Positions 1 through 10,200 of a stretch of 64,000 bases of DNA are shown in pieces (position 1 is the stretch's first letter; every line of letters starts with the position of its first letter). The translations under genes were made by a program, and so were the position numbers. The stretch is from an uncultured Pseudomonadota bacterium (GTDB taxonomy: Bacteria > Pseudomonadota > Alphaproteobacteria > Rs-D84), in NCBI GenBank assembly GCA_902801125.1, contig CADCGT010000001.1:16637-80636 (forward strand), in the 5' to 3' direction. Below the pieces are notes generated by a model that saw only the letters and a program-made list of their open reading frames with translations, ran no database searches and was not told where the DNA came from.

Positions 1-507
1 ACCATTGTCCATTATTCGGCCCGATGGCGTTTTTTCCCCACCCATCGTGACCAGGCCGCGCAAAAATGTCCCCGTTGTGAACACCAGGGATTTCGCCGTA
101 TAGACGCCATTTATAACTTTATTTTCTAAATCAATCGATTCAACCGTTTCAAACAGAATTGTTAAATTTTCATATTCATGCAAAATTTTTACCGTGGCAT
201 TATGGTAAAGTTCACGGTCAATTTGCGCCCGCAATGCGCGCGTTGCCGGCCCGTGCGACGCATTCAATGTTCGAAAATGTATGCCCGCACAATCCGCCGC
301 GCGGGGCATTACACCGCCAAAGGCATCCATTTCCGCAACCATTTGTGATTTGCCCGGCCCACCAATGGACGGGTTGCACGACATTGCGCCCAAATCAGAT
401 TCACGCATTGTTAGAAGCAGTGTTTTTGCACCACGGCGTGCCGCGGCCGCGGCGGCCTCGACCCCGGCATGTCCACCACCAATAACAATGACATCAAAGT
501 TTTTCAT
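1..507 (-). CDS. mnmG: tRNA modification enzyme MnmG/GidA, 5' part (runs off window)
   Basis: Manual translation, not in ORF track: MKNFDVIVIGGGHAGVEAA...MSCNPSIGGPGK...RAQIDR...TTGTFLRG; ATG overlaps fabG stop (TAATG). Confidence 0.95.
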   Translation of the reverse strand, partial: MKNFDVIVIGGGHAGVEAAAAAARRGAKTLLLTMRESDLGAMSCNPSIGGPGKSQMVAEMDAFGGVMPRAADCAGIHFRTLNASHGPATRALRAQIDRELYHNATVKILHEYENLTILFETVESIDLENKVINGVYTAKSLVFTTGTFLRGLVTMGGEKTPSGRIMDNG

Positions 508-1247
508 TAAAAACGTCCCAATCCACCGTTGACATGTAATGTTTGACCGTTGATATATGATGCCTCGTCACTTGCCAAGAACACGCACGCGTTCGCAATG
601 TCGGTGGGTTCGCCAAAACGGCCCGCCGGGATTTGCGACAGATACGACTTTTTCAAATCTTCACTTAACACATCGGTCATTGGGGTTTTGATAAATCCCG
701 GCGCGATTGCGTTCGCGGTAATGCCACGGGATGCAACCTCGGCCGCGATGGATTTTGTCATCGCAATCATTCCGCCTTTGCTTGCCGCATAGTTTGCCTG
801 GCCTGGGCCGCCAATAACACCAATAATCGACGCCATGTTTATAATGCGACCGAAACGCTGTTTCATCATTGGCATAATGGCGGCACGGCACATTTTAAAA
901 CAAGACCGCAGGTTCGTATTTATAACATTATCAAATTGTTCGTCCGTCATACGCATAAGCAATGTGTCCGCCGTGATGCCCGCATTGTTTATTAAAACAT
1001 CCAATCGGCCACATTTTTCGATTGCATCCATAACCAATTCAACCGCCGCGCCTTCAGCCGATAAATCCGCCGGAATTTTAATATAAGAATCGTCAAATTC
1101 CGCGTTCATTTTCGCAATATTGCGGCCCGACACAACAACCGTTGCACCGGCTTCCTGCATCTTGTGTGCGATTGCACCACCAATTCCACCGGTTGCCCCG
1201 GTAATTAAAACAACTTTATCTTTCAAATCGAACATTTTTGCCCCCAT
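507..1247 (-). CDS. fabG: 3-oxoacyl-ACP reductase
   Basis: TGATGGIG, NNAGIT, YAASK SDR motifs; start may be 1235. Confidence 0.95.
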   Translation of the reverse strand: MGAKMFDLKDKVVLITGATGGIGGAIAHKMQEAGATVVVSGRNIAKMNAEFDDSYIKIPADLSAEGAAVELVMDAIEKCGRLDVLINNAGITADTLLMRMTDEQFDNVINTNLRSCFKMCRAAIMPMMKQRFGRIINMASIIGVIGGPGQANYAASKGGMIAMTKSIAAEVASRGITANAIAPGFIKTPMTDVLSEDLKKSYLSQIPAGRFGEPTDIANACVFLASDEASYINGQTLHVNGGLGRF

Positions 1248-1250
1248 ATT

Positions 1251-1523
1251 TTATTTGTTCCACCCCAACATTTTGTTACGATATATACTTTGGTTTGCTT
1301 TCATTGGACGCATTCCCAAATTTGCTTGCGACATAGACTTTGAAAAGAATAAATTCACACCATATTCTACCGTTGTTGTTGGCGTCACAGTCATTTTGAA
1401 CCAGTTATTATAAACCATTTCATAATTCTTTTGTGTCGATTTTGCCAATTCTATAACAGATTGAATGGCGATCTTTATATCTGTCCCCCAATCAAATTTA
1501 ATAACAGTATTTTCAGTAGCCAT
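1251..1523 (-). CDS. Orphan hypothetical protein between fabD and fabG
   Basis: 90-aa AT-rich ORF tightly packed in the operon, GAGG upstream. Confidence 0.7.
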   Translation of the reverse strand: MATENTVIKFDWGTDIKIAIQSVIELAKSTQKNYEMVYNNWFKMTVTPTTTVEYGVNLFFSKSMSQANLGMRPMKANQSIYRNKMLGWNK

Positions 1524-1525
1524 TT

Positions 1526-2401
1526 TTATACCTCTAATTTTTTTCCTTCCATGTCGGCACAGATACGTTTAGTAAGACCGGTTAAAACCGCACCTGGGCC
1601 AACCTCGATTGTTTCCGTAATCCCCATATCGTGCATAGCCAAAACACTTTCGCGCCAACGCACACCATGGGTTATTTGATAAACCAATGCGTCACGGATT
1701 TCATCCGGGTCATCTATCGGCGCACAGGTTTTGTTTGATACAAGTTTTGCCGCCGGCTTTTTGATTTCTATTTTTGATAACGCTTCGCGCATCTCAATCG
1801 CCGCGGGGGCCTGGATACGGCAATGAACCGGCACCGACAGCGCAAGTGGCATCGCGCGCCGCGCACCCGCAGATTTTGCGTCTTCTAATGTTTTTTCAAC
1901 AATCTCGCGTGCCCCAGAAATTACAACCTGGCCCGGGGAATTATCGTTTGCAACATCGCAATCGTTTTTTGCACATATTTCACGAACCGTGTCGATATCC
2001 AGTCCCAATATAACCGCGGTCAGGCCCGCACCAATTGGCACCGCGCGTTGCATTGCGTCACCGCGCAGGCGCAAAAGGCGCGCCGTGTCCGCCAACGATA
2101 TTGCACCCGCCGCACACAGTGCCGTATATTCGCCCAACGAATGGCCCGCAACATATTCCGTCAACGGCGCACCGGATGCACGCAACATCGCAATAGATGT
2201 CGCCATAATCGCCGGTTGCACATTTGTCGTCAATGTTAAATCTTCCATTGGACCGTTAAAGATAATGTCGGACAATTTCTGGTTCAACGCATCGTCCACT
2301 TCGTCAAAGACCGCGCGTGCGGCCGCATTATTTTCATACAAATCGCGCCCCATACCAACGCTTTGGGAACCCTGGCCGGGGAATACAAGTATCGATGACA
2401 T
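1526..2401 (-). CDS. fabD: Malonyl-CoA:ACP transacylase
   Basis: FPGQGSQ, GHSLGEY, EVGPG motifs; AGGAG upstream of ATG 2401. Confidence 0.95.
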   Translation of the reverse strand: MSSILVFPGQGSQSVGMGRDLYENNAAARAVFDEVDDALNQKLSDIIFNGPMEDLTLTTNVQPAIMATSIAMLRASGAPLTEYVAGHSLGEYTALCAAGAISLADTARLLRLRGDAMQRAVPIGAGLTAVILGLDIDTVREICAKNDCDVANDNSPGQVVISGAREIVEKTLEDAKSAGARRAMPLALSVPVHCRIQAPAAIEMREALSKIEIKKPAAKLVSNKTCAPIDDPDEIRDALVYQITHGVRWRESVLAMHDMGITETIEVGPGAVLTGLTKRICADMEGKKLEV

Positions 2402-2452
2402 AATCGCCACTCCTTTTTTATGATTATAGCAAGGAAAATCGTGTATGCAAGC

Positions 2453-2558
2453 GTTAGTGGTTAGTGTTAGTGTTAGTGGTTAGTGGCCTCTGGAATTAGT
2501 TCGTAATTAAAAAATTATTCCAGGGTCTACTAACCACTTACACTAATCACTAACCACT
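2453..2558 (+). repeat. Heptamer-armed palindromic element, copy 1 (core 2489-2524)
   Basis: TAGTGGT/TAGTGT arm + TCTGGAATTAGTTCGTAATTAAAAAATTATTCCAGG + CACTAAC arm; contains queH stop. Confidence 0.95.
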
Positions 2559-3091
2559 CTGATACTGAATTCGCAACCGCAATAATTTTGGCGATAAAAA
2601 TCACTTTCACGGTTGATTTGTACGCGTAAATTCTCGTCCCATTTTATGGGCAAATATTCTGTATCGCCGGGCGCAGATTCACCGGCCGCGTCAACCTGAG
2701 CCTGGTCTTTGTGGCGCGACACGCCCAAGACAGATGCCACCGCGTTATACCCGTTTTCACGCGCAAATTTTTTTGCATATTCAAACCGATACGCAAAGCA
2801 AACACTGCACCGCGCACCGCGTTCTGGCTCGGCCTCTAGCCCGCGTACCGCCGCACGCCACGCGTCGTGGTCATATTCGCCGATTTTATATTTCACACCC
2901 AATTTTTCACAATATTTTACTTGTTCTTGCATGCGGCGCATATATTCATCGGCGGGATAAATATTCGGATTAAAAAACAAAACAATAAAATCATCAACAC
3001 CGGGAATTTCCCCGCATGCCAGTTGTTTTATCGCGCCCGCGCTGCACGGCGCACAACAAGATACTAAAACAAGTTTTATTTTATCTAACAT
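2543..3091 (-). CDS. queH: Epoxyqueuosine reductase QueH
   Basis: CCAPC, EPERGARCSVC, FYRQNYCGC motifs. Confidence 0.9.
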   Translation of the reverse strand: MLDKIKLVLVSCCAPCSAGAIKQLACGEIPGVDDFIVLFFNPNIYPADEYMRRMQEQVKYCEKLGVKYKIGEYDHDAWRAAVRGLEAEPERGARCSVCFAYRFEYAKKFARENGYNAVASVLGVSRHKDQAQVDAAGESAPGDTEYLPIKWDENLRVQINRESDFYRQNYCGCEFSIRVVSD

Positions 3092-3525
3092 TATTGTTCT
3101 TTACCGTATATATTGTTAAAAAATTCATAAAGTTTGTTAGGTAATACACCAGCATATTTTGGAAAAACTTGATATCCTTGTCTATTTAGCACCAAAATAT
3201 CTTTATACGGTTTTTGTTCCCTTTTCAAATTTTTCTGTATTTGTGTGATGGTTTCTTTTGCGATTGTCAAATCATTCGGAACAACATAAAATGTTATTTC
3301 CCGTTTTACACTGTGAATAACGGGGTACACATGCGGAACAAACCTGTCATAAAACTCTAATTTATATGATGCAATAACTTGACATGGGTTATTTATTTCC
3401 CGTATGTATCTGTATGGTGCCTCTCCGTTGCCATTCCAACAAAATTCGTTTATATATCTATGACCGGTTATGTCATATGCGGTCAAAGAAAAACCACTAA
3501 ACGAAGTGCCTATTCTATAATTCAT
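3091..3525 (-). CDS. Hypothetical protein, distant paralog of 3972-4562
   Basis: 144-aa ORF; C-terminal QVFPKYAGVLPNKLYEFFN motif; SD supplied by the metG-tail copy. Confidence 0.75.
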   Translation of the reverse strand: MNYRIGTSFSGFSLTAYDITGHRYINEFCWNGNGEAPYRYIREINNPCQVIASYKLEFYDRFVPHVYPVIHSVKREITFYVVPNDLTIAKETITQIQKNLKREQKPYKDILVLNRQGYQVFPKYAGVLPNKLYEFFNNIYGKEQ

Positions 3526-3532
3526 TTTTATT

Positions 3533-3609
3533 TACTCCTTGGTTGTTTCTAATTCAATACGTGTGAACAGATTTTCTGGCACGGTGAATTTTTCGCCTGA
3601 TTCGATTCT
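3533..3609 (-). repeat. Duplicated 3' end of metG (direct repeat of 4568-4644)
   Basis: 73/77 identical by manual alignment. Confidence 0.95.
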
Positions 3610-3622
3610 TTGTCATTTTTAT

Positions 3623-3934
3623 TTATCGACCATTAGATTTACAGGGATAATTTAACCAACCAGACAGACCACGATTATATTCATCCCAAACCACTATCCT
3701 GCGCAACCGGGTCCCGGTTTGTTTTTTGAATCCGTCGTGAAGATTTTTAGTCGTTGTTTCACGCGTTATAATTACTGGACCTAAACATCTTGTATAACAC
3801 AAATAAAGTTCAGATTGTATATAATCCAACATAATATCTTTTTCGATATCTTTAAACACCGCAACACGTTTTTTATTAGGAATATTTGTGTTTGATATAA
3901 TGGTGTATTCGGTATATTTTACATTTTGCGACAT
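3623..3934 (-). CDS. Hypothetical protein
   Basis: 103-aa ORF with AAAGGA SD. Confidence 0.7.
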   Translation of the reverse strand: MSQNVKYTEYTIISNTNIPNKKRVAVFKDIEKDIMLDYIQSELYLCYTRCLGPVIITRETTTKNLHDGFKKQTGTRLRRIVVWDEYNRGLSGWLNYPCKSNGR

Positions 3935-3971
3935 GGTTTATCCTTTGTTTATAAACCTACATCTCTCTCGT

Positions 3972-4562
3972 TTAATGTACTTTTTCTGTGCCACGGTTAA
4001 ACAATTCCAACAAACCGACCGGCAAACTTCCCGTTTTTTCCGGCCAAATTTGATTTAGATGTTCATCCGTCACCGTATCTTTGTCTGACAACGGACGGTA
4101 CGATACCGTTTTCCATTTGATAATTGATGGCGCGCCAGTGGCGAAACTGCGCAAACCGATACTACCTGCGTTATGTACAGAAAATGTCATTGGCGTATTC
4201 ACCGTGCTTTCATCAGGTTTGAAATTTAATATTGAACCGTAATGTTCTAACAGATATTTTTTAATATCGTTTGGATATAATATTTTCGGCATAATAAATT
4301 CAAATGTTTCATCTGTCTCGGTCGCAATAATTGGATGACCATCGATATATTTATGTTGGTCACGCAAAGGAATTTTTTCAAATGTTTTATCCATATCAAC
4401 AACACAATTTTCGCAGCGAACAGTGACACGATATTGAACATCATTTGGCTTTCGTTCGGCAATAATCTTTTGTAAATCATCGACACCCGAAATATAATAT
4501 TCCAGGCTTAAAATCGGATTTTGTACGGATGCCTTAAATCTTGCAAATACATCTGGTTTCAT
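3972..4562 (-). CDS. Hypothetical protein (start MKPDVF)
   Basis: ATG 4562 follows metG stop with AAGGAG SD; C-terminal QIWPEKTGSLPVGLLELFN. Confidence 0.75.
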   Translation of the reverse strand: MKPDVFARFKASVQNPILSLEYYISGVDDLQKIIAERKPNDVQYRVTVRCENCVVDMDKTFEKIPLRDQHKYIDGHPIIATETDETFEFIMPKILYPNDIKKYLLEHYGSILNFKPDESTVNTPMTFSVHNAGSIGLRSFATGAPSIIKWKTVSYRPLSDKDTVTDEHLNQIWPEKTGSLPVGLLELFNRGTEKVH

Positions 4563-4566
4563 CTTG

Positions 4567-6192
4567 CTACTCCTTGGTTGATTCCAATTCAATACGTGTA
4601 AACAGATTTTCCGGCACGGTGAATTTTTCGCCTGATTCGATTCTGTGTTCGTACATTGTCGGCCAAGATAAATCGTGCGCACCGGCAAATATGTTTTGAA
4701 TTTTTTCCGCCGCATCCGGAATAATCGGTGCAGACACGCGCGCGAACAAATCTATCAATTGGAAACATTCGTTCAACACCGCCGCCGCGCCCGCCGTATC
4801 GCCGTTTTTAACCAATGTCCACGGTTCGCGTGCGGTCATATATTCATTTGCAATTCCATAAATATCACGCAGCGCAACAATCGATTTCCGGAATTCGCAC
4901 GCGTCCAGGCAACCGGTCAATTCCGCCAATTTTTCATTTATGCGGTGCGCCAAATCTTCATCCATCGCGCGGCCGGCCGGTACAGTGTCCCCAAAGTTTT
5001 TGTTCGACAGTTTACACACGCGCGACACAAAGTTGCCAAGCAATCCATTCAAATCTTTGTTCACAATTTCGGCAAATCGCGTCATTGTAAAATCTGTATC
5101 GTCCGTTTCCGGTGCCGAAGCGAGCAGGGCATACCGCCAACAATCCGATGGTGCAATATTTAATGCTTCGTCCAAGAATATTCCGTTGCCGGTTGATTTT
5201 GAAATTTTTGCACCATTAAAGTTCAAGAAATTTTGCCCCTTTAATACATCAACGGTTTTCCAATTATCATCCATTGCCAATTCTTGGGCCGGGAAAAATA
5301 CAGAATGAAAAGACACATTGTCCTTTGCCATAAATTCTGTGTAATGACAATCCGGATTCTTCCACCATGACGCCCAATCCGGGGTCGCAATTTGCGAAAT
5401 AGAAACATAGCCCCACGGCGCATCAAACCATACATAAAATACTTTATTTTCATATCCAGGTTTATTTACCGGAATACCCCATTTCAAATCGCGCGTAATC
5501 GGGTTATCACGCAGGCCTTCGTCCAACCATTTATTTGCGATTTTAATCGCGGTTTTTGGCCAACCAACGCGCGAATTTATCCACGCGCGCAATTTGTCTT
5601 GCATTTTACTCAATTTAAAATACAGGTGTTTTGTTTCGCGCATTTCAACCGGGGAAGATGGGTCAATCGCACTGTGCGGGTTTATCAAATCCGCCGGGTC
5701 AAGGGACGCACCACATTTTTCACATTCGTTGCCATAGGCCCGTTCATAACCACAATGTGGACATGTGCCAACAACATAACGGTCGGCCAAGAATTTTTCT
5801 TCGGCAACGGAATAGGGTTGCATAGATGATTTTTCTTCTATCATGCCCAACGAATCAAGGCGATTAAACAATTCATGTATAAGTTTTTCATGCTGGGCGG
5901 TGTGCGTGCGACCATATAAATCAAAAGACAATTTAAAATCGCGCACCGCATCAAGGTGTTTCGCACGATATTTTTCAACATATTCTTCAACGGGCATATT
6001 TTCGCGGGCGGCCCCAATTTCAGATGTCGTTCCATGTTCATCCGAACCACCAATATACAGGACATCGCGACCACGCGCACGACAGAAACGCGCATAAACA
6101 TCACTTGGCAACAGGCAACCAATCAAATGCCCGATATGCAGTTGGTTATTCACATACGGTAATGCCGAAGTTATAAGATATTTTTCACTCAT
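4567..6192 (-). CDS. metG: Methionyl-tRNA synthetase
   Basis: ITSALPYVN, HIGH, Zn knuckles CPHC/CEKC, YVWFDA, KISKS. Confidence 0.97.
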   Translation of the reverse strand: MSEKYLITSALPYVNNQLHIGHLIGCLLPSDVYARFCRARGRDVLYIGGSDEHGTTSEIGAARENMPVEEYVEKYRAKHLDAVRDFKLSFDLYGRTHTAQHEKLIHELFNRLDSLGMIEEKSSMQPYSVAEEKFLADRYVVGTCPHCGYERAYGNECEKCGASLDPADLINPHSAIDPSSPVEMRETKHLYFKLSKMQDKLRAWINSRVGWPKTAIKIANKWLDEGLRDNPITRDLKWGIPVNKPGYENKVFYVWFDAPWGYVSISQIATPDWASWWKNPDCHYTEFMAKDNVSFHSVFFPAQELAMDDNWKTVDVLKGQNFLNFNGAKISKSTGNGIFLDEALNIAPSDCWRYALLASAPETDDTDFTMTRFAEIVNKDLNGLLGNFVSRVCKLSNKNFGDTVPAGRAMDEDLAHRINEKLAELTGCLDACEFRKSIVALRDIYGIANEYMTAREPWTLVKNGDTAGAAAVLNECFQLIDLFARVSAPIIPDAAEKIQNIFAGAHDLSWPTMYEHRIESGEKFTVPENLFTRIELESTKE

Positions 6193-6218
6193 TTATGCGC
6201 CCCTTTGATTTTTTTATG

Positions 6219-6294
6219 AAAATGGGACGCAAACGGGGCGTCCCATGGAATCCCGTTTAATATTTTATAAAGATTATATTTGCATTCGTTTCAT
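6219..6294 (-). promoter_or_regulatory. Putative metG attenuator (leader MKRMQI, terminator/antiterminator)
   Basis: uORF 6294-6274; hairpin ATGGGACGC-CCCGTTT-GCGTCCCAT-TTT; upstream AAACGGG complementary to the loop. Confidence 0.6.
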
Positions 6295-6348
6295 TTTTTT
6301 ATTCTCTGGAACTTCGTCCGCCACACGAAGCATCACAAATGCGAAGTG

Positions 6349-6425
6349 TGGTGGGTGGTATTGGACTCGAACCAACGACCTTTACGATGTCAACGTAACG
6401 CTCTAACCAACTGAGCTAACCACCC
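6349..6425 (-). tRNA. tRNA-Val(GAC)
   Basis: GGGTGGTTAGCTCAG...TTACG-TTGACAT-CGTAA...GGTTCGAGTCC...ACCACCCACCA. Confidence 0.97.
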
Positions 6426-6451
6426 ATGTTCTTCAAGTGTTCTCGGACCGG

Positions 6452-6508
6452 GAACCAACGACCTTTACGATGTCAACGTACGCGGCTTCCCAACCGAACT
6501 AACCACCC
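6452..6508 (-). pseudogene. Degenerate upstream copy of tRNA-Val(GAC)
   Basis: 29-nt perfect match over anticodon arm to T-stem, decayed D-arm, no 3' acceptor strand. Confidence 0.8.
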
Positions 6509-6576
6509 AAACTCTTAGGCACCATTACACCCAAGGCAACGCGAATTATAACAAAGAATTTTTCAATTGCAAGTGT

Positions 6577-7224
6577 TTAGTGGTTATTGTATTCACACAA
6601 TTCCCGCAATGGGCAATTCGCACATTTTGGGCGCAGCGCCGTACATGTGTATCGCCCAAACAAGACCATTACGTGATTTACTATGTCGTGATATTTTTTT
6701 GGAATTTTTTTTAATAATTCGGCTTCGACTTTTTCGGGCGTATTCGCCGACGCGTCAACCCAACCATACCGATGGGCCAGGCGGAATACATGCGTATCAA
6801 CCCCGATATTCGGCGCCCCCCATAAAACATTTGTTATAACATTTGCGGTCTTTTGCCCAACGCCCGGCAATTTCATAAGTTCGGCGCGATTATGATATTT
6901 TGCCGGAAATGCCCATTTGTCGGAACTTTCATATTTCGAAAGTTCACCGGCCAGGGCGATTATATTCTTGGCCTTGTTATTAAAGAAAGATATTACGCGT
7001 ATGTGTTGTTTTAACCCGTCAAGACCCAATTCCAGCATTTTTTGCGGCGTTCCGGCCACACGGAACAGGGCGGGGGTCACCTCGTTGACTTTCTTGTCGG
7101 TGGCTTGGGCCGATAAAATTACCGCCACGGCAAATGTGAAATCGTTTGTGGAATAAAGTTCCGACCGAATATCCATATTAAGGTTATTTGGCACGATTTC
7201 AAAAAATTGCCGTGGTGTTATCAT
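6577..7224 (-). CDS. nth: Endonuclease III
   Basis: LSAQATD, LPGVGQKTA, VDTHVFR, C-x6-C-x2-C-x5-C. Confidence 0.95.
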   Translation of the reverse strand: MITPRQFFEIVPNNLNMDIRSELYSTNDFTFAVAVILSAQATDKKVNEVTPALFRVAGTPQKMLELGLDGLKQHIRVISFFNNKAKNIIALAGELSKYESSDKWAFPAKYHNRAELMKLPGVGQKTANVITNVLWGAPNIGVDTHVFRLAHRYGWVDASANTPEKVEAELLKKIPKKYHDIVNHVMVLFGRYTCTALRPKCANCPLRELCEYNNH

Positions 7225-10200
7225 TTACTGTTTCACCCGTTCGATTGATATACCAAAATTATACCCTTCGATGTCGGTAAAATTACCATCCGATTCAACC
7301 GGACCCGCCGACATTTCACGAACAAGGGCATCCGCCATTATGCGTTTGCGATGTTGTTCAATCGCGCCCGATAGCGCCAAATCCGCCGTATAGGTCAATT
7401 TGATTCGGTCCGATACATCCAGACCCAATGCCTTACGCGTGTCTTGGATAAAGCGCAATGCGTCATTTGCCAAACCTTCGGCAATCAATTCGGAATTTAA
7501 TTCTGTATCCAAAATGATGACCGCGGTGTTATCTGGCAATGCCATGCCGGTCACGCCATCACGTATGGTAAGGCGTTTTTCAAATTCATCGGAATTTAAT
7601 GTGTATTCGCCAACCAACAATTTATCGCCATCCAATTCATAATCACCACGTTTTACCATTGGGATGATTTCACGCAACGCGGCCCCAAGGCGCGCACCAA
7701 TCTTTGGTGTGACCAGGTATATGAAACCGTCGGCGACCTTGGATGCGCTGTCCATCCATTCAACCGATTTCACATTTAATTCATCACGGATGATATTCGT
7801 GTATGCGTCCATTGGCACACCACCCGCCACCGTCAATTTAGACAGCGGCAAACGATTACGCAATTTATATTGTTCGCGCAATTGTTTTCCCGTGGACACT
7901 ATTTCTTGGACACGGCGCATATCGGCGACGATTTTTTCATCCGTGTCAACCGCGGTCGGCCAATCTGTCAAATGCACAGATTCCGCCCCAGTCAGGTTTT
8001 TATAAATGTATTCCGATACAAATGGCGCAAACGGCGCAAGGACGCGGCACACCATAACCAATACGGTATAAAGTGTATTAAACGCATCGGTGTCTTCGTC
8101 CCAGAAACGCGCACGCGAACGGCGCACATACCAATTGTTCAATACATCCAAGAATCGAACAAATTCTTTGACGGCCACATCAGGTTTGTATTCCGCCAGT
8201 GCGGCATCAACCGTTTTTACCAACATATTTGTTTCCGCCAAGATATATTCATCCAATCTGTTGCGGGTGGACGCACCCCATACATCGCGCGCGGTGATGT
8301 TTCCGGCATTCGCATACAATGTAAAGAAATGATATGCGTTCCAAAGTGGCGTAAGGATTGTTTTTATCGGTTCATTAAATACTTTGCCCGCTTTGTCAAC
8401 GGGTACCGGTTCGGCCTTTAAGAAATTACTGCCCAAAATAAACAGACGAACCGCATCCGCACCGTATGCATCAAGTTGTTGTTCCGGATTTTCGAAATTG
8501 CCCAAAGATTTTGAAAACTTGCGTTTATTTTCATCAACAATCATTCCGTTCGCAGACACAACACGAAATGCCGGTTTATCAAATAATATCGCCGCCACAA
8601 CCATCAGTGAATAAAACCATCCACGTGTTTGGTCTTGACCTTCGATAATATAATCCGCCGGGAAAGTTTTTTCGAACAAATCTTTGTTTTCAAACGGATA
8701 GTGCAGGGACGCAAACGGCATAGACCCCGATTCAAACCAACAATCCAAAACATCGGGTATGCGTTTCCAACCGTCACGCGTCAACGCGTCCAATGTCGGG
8801 CGATGCAAATCGTCAACCTTGGTGCCAAAGAATTCTTCCATTTCGGCAATTGAACCAAAGATTTTATATTCGCCGTTCCGTTCCCAAATAGGTAATGGCA
8901 CGCCCCAGAAACGATTACGCGATATACCCCATGGGCGCGCGTTTTCAATCCAGGACAAGAATCGGTTGCCCGCCGATGTCCATGTCGTTTCATTCTTGGT
9001 TATTTCAACAAGGCGTTCGCGGATTTTTGGAACATCGATATACCACGCGTCCGTCGCACGATATATCAGTTTTTCTTTACTGCGCGGGCCGAACGGATAA
9101 CTGTGTTTGTGCTGGTCTTTTTTAACAAGGCGGCCATTGGCACGCAACCAATCGATTATCTTTGGATTCGCAACAAATATATTTTCACCCGCCCAATCGG
9201 CAACGGTTGAATCAAAATTACCATAATCATCGACATTCAATATTACCGGGAACATCGGGTCGATTGCCTTGGCCGCGATATAGTCGTCTTCACCGTACGC
9301 GGGCGCAATATGAACGATACCCGTACCGTCACCATCCGACACATAGTCCGCGGAAATCACCGTATACAGCCCATGACCACCCTTTGCCAAATCGGCGTAA
9401 TACGGGAAAATCGGCGTATAGCACATTCCAACCAAGTCGGCACCCATTACCGTGCCAAGGTTTTCAGAATTCGCAAATATTTTTTCGTATGCGGATACGC
9501 GTGATTCCGCCAAAACATATACATGGCCATCATCGTGACGCATACGAACATATTTCATATTTGGATTTACCGCCAATGCAGAATTCGCCGGCAGCGTCCA
9601 CGGCGTTGTTGTCCATGCAATCGCGCGGTCGCCGTTCGAAAGTTCAAACCAAACCGTCACGGTGTCATCAACAATATCTTGGTATTCGGATGAAGCCTCG
9701 GAATTAGAAAGGACGGTACCCAATTTCCAATCGTATGGATTGACCTTGAAATCTTTATACAACAACCCGCGATTGTGCATTTCTTTGATTGCCCAAATCA
9801 CAGATTCCATAAAGTTTTTATCCATTGTGCGGTAACCATATTCATCGCCACCATCAACCCAACGACCAACGCGTTCAATAAACTTTAACCATTCATTGGA
9901 ATATGTCATAACATCCGCCCGACACATATCACAGAACGCCGCCATACCATCGGTTGCAACAATATCTTTGGCGATGCGTTTTTGTTTCTTTTCAACCGAT
10001 GCCTCTGCCGGAAGGCCGTGACAATCCCACCCAAGGGCGCGTTCCACATAACGCCCCTTCATTGTTTGATAGCGGGATACCATATCTTTGACCGCAGATA
10101 CCCCAAGGTGTCCCCAATGTGGCAAACCGTTTGCAAAGGGCGGTCCATCATAAAACGAAAACGGGTGTCCCAATTTTGTTTTGTTCAAAGATTTATGAAA

